From: Nemertoderma westbladi
Taxonomy: Eukaryota; Animalia; Xenacoelomorpha
Assembly (NCBI GenBank): GCA_032718475.1
Contig: JAUCBJ010007935.1
Location: 1-62,700, forward strand
Length of the DNA stretch: 62,700 bases
Reading direction: 5' to 3'
Shown: in pieces, positions 47,396 through 60,100 of the stretch
Position numbering within the stretch: position 1 is the first letter of the stretch
Layout of the letters: each line of letters begins with the position of its first letter
The notes under the pieces: model-generated
Told to the model about the DNA's origin: nothing
The model's input: the letters and a program-made list of their open reading frames with translations, nothing else
Databases searched by the model: none
Program-made: the position numbers and the translations under genes

Positions 47396-47554
47396 GTCTA
47401 TTCCAATAAATATGGAAATGCGTCGTCAAATTCTCATCAAACTTAAAGATGCAAGGAAATTGGACGACTCTAGAAAGCATTCCCTGGGTTACCGCATAAC
47501 TAGCTACGATATCATTAAACAAAGAGGAAAGCTTCAACGCAATGTGAAAAATAT
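47396..47554 (+). CDS. TMC protein, exon 2 (absent from the ORF track)
   Basis: TTTAG| acceptor and |GTGAGT donor. 159 nt, phase 2-2, stop-free (SIPINMEMRRQILIKLKDARKL...QRNVKN), joining exons 1 and 3 in frame. Confidence 0.8.
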
Positions 47555-48103
47555 GTGAGTTACAGTAAGTAGGCCTACCTACAACAGACCTGTACATTTG
47601 TCCTATGATGAGTAGAGGAAAGGCACTTTAGGTTGCATGCGATCGATTAGTACAATTTATTGTATCTGTGACTTATTCATCTGCCCATTTGTATCAGACT
47701 AAATCGTTTATAATCACAACAATAAACGAAATCCAAGAATGTACATAGTAGCGTTCAATTGAAAGGAACATTCTTTAGGTTTCTTATTAAGAGAATAAAT
47801 ACCAAACTTACACACTGTCTAGTGGCCTGCAATCAAAACAGACCAAAAATAAAAACAAATGTGAATTACAGAATTTATTTCAAGTAAATATAAAAATTAT
47901 GAGCAGAACCGCATGTTCCTAATAGAAAAGTAGAGAAACTAACTAATAAAGGATTATTTAAAAAAATTATTTAATGTAATTGTGTTAAGTTATACAATTA
48001 ATTATTACTGTATGTAAGTATGTAGTCTGTATTGATTACAGTAATAGGCGTAACAGAATAGGTCTGATGTTTCAAGTAATTATATTTATATGTTTCTTTG
48101 CAG

Positions 48104-50123
48104 ATCATCTTTCCACGATATTTGGAATAAAGAGTTCAAACGCATCGAGAGCGAGTTTGGTCGTGGCGTCCTCACCTACTTCACTTTCCTGCGATGGTTG
48201 CTATACTTTAACATTCCTATTACCATAGTTGCCTTGTGTTTCATCCTGATACCGCAGTTAATATGGTGGGGTATATCCGCTCCCTTTGATATTGGCGTAA
48301 CATCACCAGCGTTCACTGGCCTAGAGTTACTAACAGGCGATGGATACCTCACCAACTCGCTCCTATACATTGGTTTCTACACAAACGAAACCATTTCCCA
48401 TGGAGGCTACTATTACAATATGCCTCAGGCTTATTTCTTCGCTACATTTGGTTACTGTATCTTGTGTTTTGGCCTATTGTTGTGGAGCGCATCGAACTCC
48501 TTCCAGCACAACTACCTGCTCCAGAATGCTGGTCTTTACGGATTTTTTAGCCACAAAGTGTTTTGCAGTTACGATTACAGTATCACCAAAGTTAAAACGA
48601 TACAATGTAAGCGCACTGGGGTGTATTTCGATCTGGGGGAAACGCTATCCGATCTGAGGGCCTCTGCACCAAAGACTTGTTGCCAAATGTTTCAAAAGAT
48701 ATGTTTGAGAATATCGACAAATATATTTATTGCGCTTCTTCTCTTTGGGCTCAATTATGGAATATATCAACTTCTTCGCATAGACTATATTTCGTCCAAA
48801 GATTCACAACATAATTTAAGACTTCTTACAATACCTCTTATTATTTGTGCATGTAATTTTCTGGTCCCCATGATTTTCAATATTATTGGTTACCACGAGA
48901 ACTACTCATCTAGACGTACTAAACTCTACGTGAATACATTTCGGGAAAGTGTACTGCGGATGTCGACTCTGTTGGAGGTGGTTTATTACTGGTTGTTCAC
49001 GAGGGGTTGCGGGTCTGCGGAGGTCCCGGAGGTTGGCGTTTGTCACGACTGCTGGGAGACGGAACTTGGGCAAGAGATTTATCGTTTGGTTATAGTTGAT
49101 TTCGTGGTGTCCGTCCTGTTCGGATCATTTCTAAAGGAATTTTGTAGAAAACTACTATCGAAAATGAGATTAAGTAAAGAACCAGTTTTTGACATTACAA
49201 GCAACGTTCAAGACATAATTTATTCACAAAATTTGTGTTGGTTTGGTTTCTTTTGGTGCCCTCTCTTGCCATTAGTTGGAATTATAAAAATTATACTCAC
49301 GTTTTACATAAAATACTTTAGCGCGCGTTTGAATTGCCGACCTTCGATGCATATGTGGCGGATCGCACAAACCAAGACAGTGCTTATACTATCGCTTACA
49401 TTACAGTACCTAATTCTACTGATGACTCTTTGTTACTCTGTTTACCTCAAATCCGCATCTAAAAATTGCAGTCCATTCCGCAATTTAGGCGTCATATTCG
49501 ATGTTATTCGAAACATACGTGAACAAATAAGCGAGATAAATGACATCATTGCCTTCGTTCTAAACTACATGAGTACACAATATTTCTTTTTCTATTTGAG
49601 TTTGTTCATTTTAATGGCATGCATTTACTTCCGCATGATAAGTTCTGGGAGGCGAAAAATACTTCATATTCTTCGGAACTCAATAGCGACGGAAGGCGGA
49701 ACTAAAAAGTTCCTATTGTCTGTTATACAATACGAATTGAACGAAAAGAAAAATCGACATGCTCGTCGGTTTAATCGAGCGCAACCTTATATTCCCTCGA
49801 ATCTCGCACCGACAACTTCTGGAACAAATACGGTTTACAAATCCGCGCCAAACGTTTCTGCCAAAGAATCCGTAGTTGCGCAGGTTGACGTTCATTCATC
49901 AGCAAATGATTCATTGTTGAGTGGACCCGGACCTAATCGTGGATACGGTACACTCGAATATCCCGATGAAGTCGGAATGTGGGAGGAATTCAAACAACCC
50001 AAAGTGGTTGCAAGTGAAGGACATGTTGGTGCGTCTAAACCTCGTTCAGGAGATTGGAATAATACAGCAGTTTACAATAATGTTCGAATTCGGGCAATGC
50101 AGCACCAAGGAAAAAATAAATAA
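48104..50123 (+). CDS. TMC protein (TMC4-8/TMC7-like), exon 3; spliced product ~912 aa
   Basis: TTTGCAG| acceptor. W..EFKRIESEFGRGVLTYFTFLRWL, CWETELGQEIYRL signature, FDITSNVQDIIYSQ..WFGFFWCPLLP and SKNCSPFR motifs. Multiple hydrophobic helices. Confidence 0.95.
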
Positions 50124-50599
50124 AACTTTACGGATGCTACCTTTTACAGCAAGCACAATGGTAAATACTAACATTATTTGGAAATTAGTTAAATTATTTG
50201 GAAATTGTGTTATTTTATATTTCTAGACCATATGTGGGAAGCTGAATTATGCAAACTTAGTTTTTTTAATAAGTAATCTAAATCATATTAACTAGATTTA
50301 CTATATTTACGATGTACAAACTGAAGAATAATTATTGTAATTCCTTATAAAATTTCCTTATAAATTATATTAATTCAAATAGATCAGCATAATTACAGTA
50401 CTGTCGAAAATCGTACATCGCGAATTTGCATAGATCTGGGATTTCAATTATGAAATATGAATAAGCAATATTTATTGCCATGATTACTCGTTAAGTGATC
50501 TGTCACCAGTCATTAACGACATTTAGAGAACAACTTTATGTTGATCTATGAATGTATATTTGATCGAGACAGTGCCTTTTGATGGGATAATTGAATCAA

Positions 50600-52103
50600 A
50601 TCCTACCGGGGTGACTCAATAATGTAAAGTGTCCATAAGTGGGATCAGCACGATGAAATCAGTGGATATTCTACTTATTGTACATACATAATGCAATACT
50701 CGTTGACACAGATCATCAAATCACCTCTCAGCATCATTACTCATCAATAACGCCTTCGAAGTTCGTTCAATAAAGGCCAGAGTCCTTGGAACGCCGGTGA
50801 TTACCACGTCCGTTGAGCCCGGGAGGGAGAACGAATTCTCCGGATATTGATGCGAAGTGGTTCGAATTCGAAAAGAAAAAAATATTAGCAGGTCTGAATT
50901 GTAAACGAACCATGTGTAATATTATTCTTTATAGAAGTAAAAGTGTCTGAGTCTGTACTCCCGGATATCCCCATTTATGATATCTCCTTCTCTGAAGTGA
51001 AGGCTGCTGCAAAATGCATAGACCAATCGTGCCAGTGGAGTTGATGGTGTCCCCCCTGAGGTCTTTAAAATACCTAAGTGTTTGAAGCTCATTTATCCCA
51101 TCATAGTAGACATGCACAGAACGACAAGAGTCCCACAACAAATGAAAACAAATAAGTTGGTGCCAGTTCTCATGAAGGGCAACCTACACTCTATGGTTCT
51201 TTTCGGGGAATCTCATTGATCTCGACTGCCTCAAAGCTATACAATAGAATTATATTAAATCGCATCAGGGATCCCATTGAGAGACTGCTCCATGGAAATC
51301 AGAATGGGTTCCGTAAAGGTCGAGGGATTTAGAAGAATAATTGAAGAGTTATCGAAAAAAGAAAGACAGGCATCTGTCTGTTATCTTGGGTTGACTTCTT
51401 TAAGGCCCTTTCAGATTACGTTCATTATATGGGATTCCCGATGAAATTATTGCAGCAATCAGATCAGTATACAATGGTTCGACGACATGGTATGCTTGAG
51501 CATGTGAACGACTTCTGTTACCTGCGATCATGGATCCTGAAGTCAGGTGAGGACCTTCGAATACGCAAGGGAAAGGCATGGGCAGCCTTGGATGGACTTT
51601 CCAGGATTTGGAAGTCACATAGAATTCATCGGAAACTTAAGGTCCGATAATTTAGAGCAGCAGTAGTTCCAATACTCCTCTATGGGAGTCCATGCTGGGC
51701 TCTAACTGCTAAGGATACCAAAGCTCTGGATGGCACATTCACAAGCATGCACACATCTCCAACCAGACCCTGTATAACATTGGAGGTGTCTCATTATGGT
51801 TTCACCAAGCTTGACACTAGAACAAAGCCGCCTCCGCCTTGTAGGACATTGCTTTCTCCGTGAGGACCAGCCAGTGCATAATCTTGTGCTTGGCAGCCTC
51901 ATGGAGTGAATAAGCATGGTGGACAGCCCATGACTTTCTTGAGACGCATCTTAAAGGACACTGGCCTTGAAGATGCGGATGATCTAGCAAATGTCATGGG
52001 TGATAGGGAGTTGTGGCGGCGCAATTTTGTCGACAACCCGGCGCAGCATTCGCAATATATATGTAATATATATATATATTGTAGCTGCAATGCAGCTAGT
52101 AGT
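50600..52103 (+). mobile_element. Degenerate RTE-clade LINE (family B) with internal deletions
   Basis: Fragmentary RT motifs (SKLYNRIILNRI, NQNGFRKGR, YGIPDEII, EDLRIRKGKAW, GHCFLREDQP) and a TAGTAGTA tail. Its 3' part matches 4377-4870. 5' boundary is approximate. Confidence 0.85.
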
Positions 52104-55100
52104 ATGTTTTATATTAAAAGTGCTGGAATTTAAAAACTTTGAATCATAAATCTAAAGTAATTGACCTATATCCATTGATTTGTTAGAGGGTTAAGGGTTA
52201 ATTATAATGCATGGTATATACATTTCATTGATTGCAATTAAAATATCATTATACAGGAAAGGGCCATCAGATATCGTTAATAAGGGGGGGGGGGGATTTC
52301 GAGGCAATCGAAAAAATGGACGCAAATTGGCAAAATGGCAGCTGATTACCCCCAAAACTACAACTTTAACCTATTCTTTTGATTTTATTGTTTTGGTTAG
52401 AATAACGTGTAACTGTAACTTGCTACTACGAGATATTAATTAGCCGAGATGGGATTTGCGTCAAGTCCCCCCCCCCCCCCCCCCCCTCCCTGTATTACCG
52501 CTGCCAATAGTTTTTAGAATGCGCGGATCAGTATGGAAGATAAATTCGGCAAAATTTGGAGCCATTAATAATATTTTGGTTATGGACCAAATTTTCCGGA
52601 CATTTTGGTCATGTGCATAATTAGGATTTGGACAAATCTGTCCCAAACAGTATATTAATGGGGCCGAACTAACAGGAAGCCATCCCGCATTTATGCTTGT
52701 GAACAAGTTGAGACTTCCCTGATAAGTAATGAGACACCGTCATATCTTCCAGTTATACCAAACGCTCACATTTCACTGACCCAATAAACTTCCAAACATC
52801 AAGTCAACATCAACCAATCACAATCACGTGACTAAGATAATGTTTAATATTTAATATATCCATCCATTAAAGGCAAAATTAAGTTTAAAGTCGACGGCGG
52901 CAGACCAGAGGAGTACATCCAGTTTAAATGAATGTACAGCAACGAGATTTTAACGAAGTGACTAACGCAAGCAGAATATCTGAAATATCTGCAGATCTTT
53001 ACGGCGAGACCAGCATAACGATAAAGAACAAAATCAATCATAACCCAGACAATGCATGCATGTATTGTGTTTAACTTAATTTGATGCAGAGTTTTCAAGA
53101 ATAGTTTGTAAGAGGGGCACCCGGGGATATCACAATACAGCCAAGTAAAATAACACTAAGTTTTCCATATAAAAAGTGGCGCCTGTAGTGTGTAAGAGCA
53201 GGGCACCCTTGTCATGTCATCCTGTATTTGCAGTTTTACGAGGATCTCACAAGAGCGCTGATAGGGTCACATAATGAAAGATAATTAATTAATTTTGTTT
53301 CCGAAATTAATTTAATTGTGTTACACCGTTACCTTCCGTTTTAATAGACCAACCGATCCGATTCAATAAAATAATCTCTGAAAGGCAGGTTTTTATAAGT
53401 TTTTCCGTTTTCGAATTTTGAAAATACTTTCAACATTACATATTAATTAAAACCTTATTTATTTTTTAATTGAAACATTACGCATTATGAGTTAATTAAA
53501 AGCCATCATGTTTTAACCTTTATCTTTAATAACAAAATAATAATATATTAGCTTCAGGTTTAACTTAACACAAAAAAATTAAGAAAAAAAAAATACGTAA
53601 ATAATAATTAAATCGAAACTGCGCACACAAATGCCAAATAAAGGGTTCATGGTTCTAAAGCAACAAAACAATACAGTTTAGAACATAACAATGTAAACAA
53701 ATTCGGCTTAATATAAGTTCATTCATTAATTGTGATGGGACCTATTTCGCCCAGCATACATTAATAAAAAAAAACTAACTATATTTATTAATAATAATAA
53801 ATGTGTAATAAATGTGTTGTTACCAACTAATCTCGGAAAAAATAACCAACTACATCATGTTTATATCAAGAAGCCACTATTAATTTACAATATACCAAAC
53901 CCATCCAGATACCCTAGATTTCTAAAAGGGTTTTGTTTGGGGGTAGAAATATAAAAATGGGGCTTGGAAATTTTGGGGGGAGACACTAATTACAAATTAA
54001 TAAATAACACGAGCGGCCAAGGCATAAAATAAATAAATAACATGAGTGGGCCTATGCCTAACAATTTTCCCCTGGCGGGTAAACTGGAATAAAGGAAAAA
54101 AAAAACAAATAAATATAATAGATTAAACAATAAAGTAATATAAAATAAATGATGAAAAATACTAGAATTTATTTCCATTCCACAGTATGTATAGGTAACA
54201 CGATGATAGTGATGGGAGTTTACTCGGGAGAGCTGAGAGCGTTACATCGTGTGGAATTGGGTGAGACACAATGTAGACAGAACCATTCGTGTGAGAATAG
54301 GTGAATGTAGGCTTACCATACTGTATACGATGTACCAATTTAACTTAAGAATAAACTTACGTATTACAGTATATGAGAAAAAAGTAGAACATTTTGTTTC
54401 TCAATATTCTCTCAACCCTTTATTAACCTCGCTGAAGCTCGGTAAATAAAATGCCTCGAGAATAATGAAAAAAAGGTTCTAATTTTTTTCCCATGTAATA
54501 AATAATTATTTATTCTTAAATTGTTACTTTTTCGCCCGAATTTAGACCAAAATCTGGAGAAAACATTCAACTTTTTTTCCTGGCGAAAAAAAGTAAAATA
54601 TAATATTTTTGGTGGAATTTCTTAAATTGTATTACCGTTGTACCGGTACCGTAGTTCTACAGCATTGTGCATGTGCAGTATGTAAACCTACGTTATTTAC
54701 AACTGGTAGGTACAAGTCTGTCTGTCTGGTACGTTCGTCTTTACGGTAGAATCGTAGAAACTGTTGAGAATGGCATTCCTGCCATGATCAGGATGCTGCT
54801 GTCCATAATTGTCAAATACCGAAAGTAAAAGATCTCTGAGTAGGCTGAGTTGAGTGTGCAATCTGAACTTGTAGTGTAGGCCTACCAGTACTGCATTTCC
54901 CGTTTAGTTTGCCAGTACCGGTACATTAAATTATTGCCCAATATGCTCTGTTCTGTAGGCGTACCGGTCAGGTAGGTTTTGTAGTTGCAAGGCAGTGATG
55001 TGATTGAGACCTTAAAGGAAGCTGTGGTACCACTACCGGTACTGTACGATGCATGCAGTCAGTCTACCTACAATCTGAACTGAAAACATACCATACTGTA

Positions 55101-57198
55101 GGCCTACGATAGTCTTATTCTTATAACTTTCACTTTCACTCATGTTAGTAAAGGTAACCGGTACCGTAAGCCAACTACTGTATTCACAACACGGCAAACA
55201 GGCATAAATATAATTTCAACATGCAGATTGCAGATACCGGAGTGTTGAAAAATAAATGTGTTATTTTTTCCTAGGACTAAAATAACACTATTTTTAGATA
55301 GGTTATCATTGCGATTGTGTTATTTTTTCCGGGATTGGTTGGTAACAATTACCAATATTATACATCACAAGACTGTACCGGTATAACTTAATGTTATATT
55401 AAAATTTATCCAAAAGAGATGTGGTAAATTGATATATGGTATACCACATACCTTACGTACCATGCACCTATATAAAAAGGAAAAAATCATTTTGTTAAAT
55501 CATACGTTAAATTATATATTTAGAAAAGTATTTTAATTATATAAAAATGAAATTGCAAATTTTTAACATTACTTATCATTCGTACGTACACATATATGTT
55601 CGACCAGATATGATAGATTGTATTATGAAAAAAATAACAATTTCATTACTCTTAAAGAAACGCGGAGCACCAAAAGGGAAGTGATTAAATGCGCACTTGT
55701 TAGAACATTTTATCTTCATAATCATGTCCCTATAGTGTCTCCTTATAAAATTAAATAATTTCTATATATTTCATTGCAAAATATGTAACAAATCAATATA
55801 AAATATAGCTATATCTAAGGAACTGTAATTACAAGATTTAATTTAATATACGTAATTAACTTTTTTTATCATAAATATCAATCAATTACCATCATTTTCA
55901 TGATAAATTATGATATTGCATTAAGCACCTTCACCTTTTAGAGGTAAGGACTATTTTTACAGATTTGTTGCAACAAGTATGCACGTAGTTTTATTTCTAA
56001 ATTTTAAAAGAAAAGAAGATGTTGCTTAAGGTGAAATTTTAAAATATCACATTAGATGTTAAAGTTCGAACTGGCGTTAAATAAAAAGACGTAAATTATT
56101 TAATTCACTTGCATTGCCTGGGCTTTTTGGACAATGAACATACATGTTTACGCAAAATAGTGATTTAAATAAACAGTACTTACTTATTAGATAGAGATTA
56201 GGTCTACGTAAAAATTCTTACACTATTCAACAAAAAGGCAAATCACAGTAATATAAATTAATTGTAAATTCAATAATATAAAAATTTTTAAAATACAAAT
56301 ATTTGAAGAAAACCAAAAACCCTTCAATGACATTTTAAAACAATGTGCGAAAACCGTTGGAAAGGAAATAAAGAAAGGAAATAAATTATCTGTAAAATGT
56401 TTTGATTCTGGAGAATACGATATCCTTGATTTAATATACCAACAATGCACATTACAATAAATACATCTTTATACCCCACTGAATTACTGAATAGGTACCG
56501 GTGTAAAAGGTGTAAATAAATCCCCGTTTAGAATGAACCCCCCCCTCACACGAATACTGCCAAGGAATAAACCTATCATGAAATAACAAAACCAACCAAA
56601 AATAACCACCCACCCTGATACCAGCAGTATAATGTCAACATAATGTTTACATTAATAAAATATTGTTGTTATGTATTTGCTTGGTAGTCATTTCGCCTTT
56701 CCAAATGCCGCATTGCGATATTTTCCATCTTGAAATCGCAGAGCGAAATATTTCCGATATGTCCCTATTGTATATTCCAAATTGTATTGGAGATTTCGGG
56801 TGATAATTATAATTAAACGTTTGGTTTTCAGGGCACTTATAAGAATTTAGTTTTGTTAAAATTAATGACTTTTTGATCAAATTTTAACTGTGTGTTACCA
56901 TCCAAAAAATAATACAAGCTACGTTGTAATTTTTTTAAGAACATTATTCCTAAGAATGAGGCTATTTGGGAAATACTTGTATATTCCCATTTATTTTAGA
57001 ACTCAAATAAATAAAAGTGTGTAAAAACTTAAAAAACAAATATTAATAATCCACCTGTGAAATACATACGCAGCATCAATAGGCAGATTGGTTAATATAA
57101 AAAATACTGATAAAATATAATACACGAAAAATATTAGTAGTTTTTGTTAATTGTAAAACAAATGAAGCATTCTTATTATTGCGCTGTATTGAATGGCT

Positions 57199-60100
57199 TT
57201 AATCAGCTGCCTCTTTAATGTCAATAAGGTAATTACCAATCTTAACTGAGTGACCATGCTTGGCTTTATCCAGAGAATTTGTGTCTATTTGAATGGAATA
57301 AACTCCATCTTCTTTATTTCCACTTATAAAGTTCATGTTATCCGCCACTCGTTGTTCTTCTCTACGATGGATATCGGTTTCTCGACTGAACGATTGCTTG
57401 TAAAGCTCATTCCCTTGCCCAATCGTTGATGATTGTTTATTAAAATTGTTTAGGAATGAATTCACGTGTTCACCTAGTTGTTTTCGCTCACTTGTTTTGT
57501 TCCAGTGAGACGGTAATGTGTTTGGAAGATGATTGACCACATTCCCCTCCATATTCATAACCTGTGTTGGGCAATCTAAGGTCATTGGTTTAATTGTTCG
57601 GTTTGTAAGGTATGGTGGTTTATTTACAGTGTTCGAAGTATTGATGTTAGAAAATTGGCCGGATAAGTTTGGAACGCCTTGATGCATATTATTCGTATTT
57701 GAATTTGCAGGATATGATTTATATTGTCTATCAATAATATTTTTTGAACGCAACAAGGATGACCACTGAGTTTCAGTGAGTGTTTGATAATCTTTGGGGT
57801 GAGATGATGTTGGAATGCCCTGTATTCCTTTTGGGTTAGATATATGACCTGTATTAGTGTCCATTTTCGAAATATCATATGGTTGGGACAAATGAGCCGG
57901 TAGATTGAAATTAGTTTGAACAGGAAATTCATTTGTGTTATATAAGTTTCCATCATTTATATTACTTGCATTTATGAGTTTATTATCATTAATAGCATAA
58001 CTATCTCTTATTATCTTCTCAGGTGTGGTTACCATTGGGACAAAACAAGGTTGTGAGGTAATGACATGTCCAGTTTGATATTTGACTAACTGATTTGGTT
58101 GATTCGACTTTACAAATAAAGGATCTTCAATTGGCAATTTTCGCTTCTTTATCAACTCATTCCGGTTACTTGGCAAGCCATTAAGATTTAATAATGGCGA
58201 ACACTCGCAATTAGGGGGGTGATAGATCTCTTGTTTTTGTTGTGGTCGAATACGGTAGTTGCGCAAGTTGTTGTTTATTGGCGGGTTGCACATTTGATTT
58301 AATGTCCGACTAGATTGATCCAATTGCGGAATCATCGGGTTCAAGTTTGATGAAAATGTTTTACAATGGAAATTATCATTTAAACTATAATCATTGAAAT
58401 AGTTATTGTTATTCATTATGTATTTATCTTGTGCAGCAGCCGTTACTGGTTGCATCGACATGAACTGATCGTTTGGACCAAATTGTCCAAAGGACTGTAT
58501 CGGTGTGTGATTCAGAAATTGTTCATGATGCAAAACATTTGGTTGTATCTGGTGTTGTGGATGAAGTGGCCATGACTGAGGAAGGTAACTGGATTGCTGA
58601 TAGAATATTGGAAGTCTCGGATATGGAATTCCTGCCCCAGGAGATCCGTACATTATTTGTTGAGATTGAAAGTTACTATTTGGGTAAAATTCATTCCTCT
58701 TATCTGGAGGACGAAATTGCATTCCAAACATAGGTGGTCTCTGGGCAGGAACATGTGACCCATTTCGAACCATCGGTTGATAGGAAGTTTGATTATTATC
58801 AATGTTGTTCAAAATTTGCTGGCAATCCTGGCTGTATTGTTGTAAGCAAATGTCATTTTGATTCAGTGTTGTCCTATGCTGGGCATCATAGGGATTGGGA
58901 TGATTTTTCTCATAACACATTCTCAAACTACTATCATTTGTAACAATAGGAAAGCTGTTTATATTATTAATATTATTACACTTGGCTGGTATGGGTTGAA
59001 TTTGTGGCATATGAATTGGCATAAAAGGTTCCATATTTGTATCCAAACAATTTGTTGCCCCATACATAGTTTTGTATGTTTCATTGTTTAAAATAGGCCT
59101 ACTATAATTTGAACCAGAGCTAATAGGCATTGTAGGGATATTTAGCTTCCTCTTTTTCAATTTACATGGTTTTTTTAATTTTGGTCTTTGAGAAATTGAT
59201 TGTATTTTACCAACATTTGTCTTTCTGATATTAGGAGCATCATTTAAGGTTTGCATATTTTCTCCGAAACTGTTAAAACCAAACGCAGTCAAAGGGTCAT
59301 TTTTTGCAAAATTATCTGACCTATGCAATGGAATTACATCGTCAATACAATCGGATTTTGAGGGCATGGGGTTTGATATACATTTTCCATTCAGCGAATT
59401 AATTAGAGACGTTACAGGGTTCGTATTACTGAATTGCATTGAAGTTGAAATTTCATCATATGCTGTAATGGTTTGAGGAATAGCATCAGTTGGTGTTACA
59501 CCTGTATATTTGGAAACATCCAAAGGTATGTTGAGATAATCATATGGCTTTTGTTTCACCATTTGGAAGCTTTTTGTGACATTACTTACAATCATATTTC
59601 TTCTATCAGGGTCACTGCTTTGAGAATTTTTAGCAATATCATGCGCTCCTCTTGCATCAACTAACTGACCCATTTTTTTGAAGCCTTCTGTACCATTTTC
59701 ACACAATGTTGGTAAACATGTAGATATCTCAAGTGATTTTGAAACACTTTCATCAGCATTTGTGTTAGCCTCTATGGAGTTTTCAGTATCGTGTTTATAT
59801 CTTTCCTTACTTTGATCAATACAATTTTTGCTTCCAGTAATTAACGAATCTCTTGCTGTGGTACTTTCATTACCTTTAACACCAGGGCTACTAATATCAG
59901 TTATTGATCCTGCCATTTGAAATGTTGATAACGTTTTGTGCAAATCATTCTCAATTGGGTCCACCGACATATATTCAGGGTTATTAATTTCTACATAATT
60001 GTCAGAGGTGACAGCTTTGCACATGGAGTTTTTATTGGCATCTTCACTAACGAAAGGCCATTTGCTTTTCATGTTTAAAGCCATTGTCTGCAAAGACATT

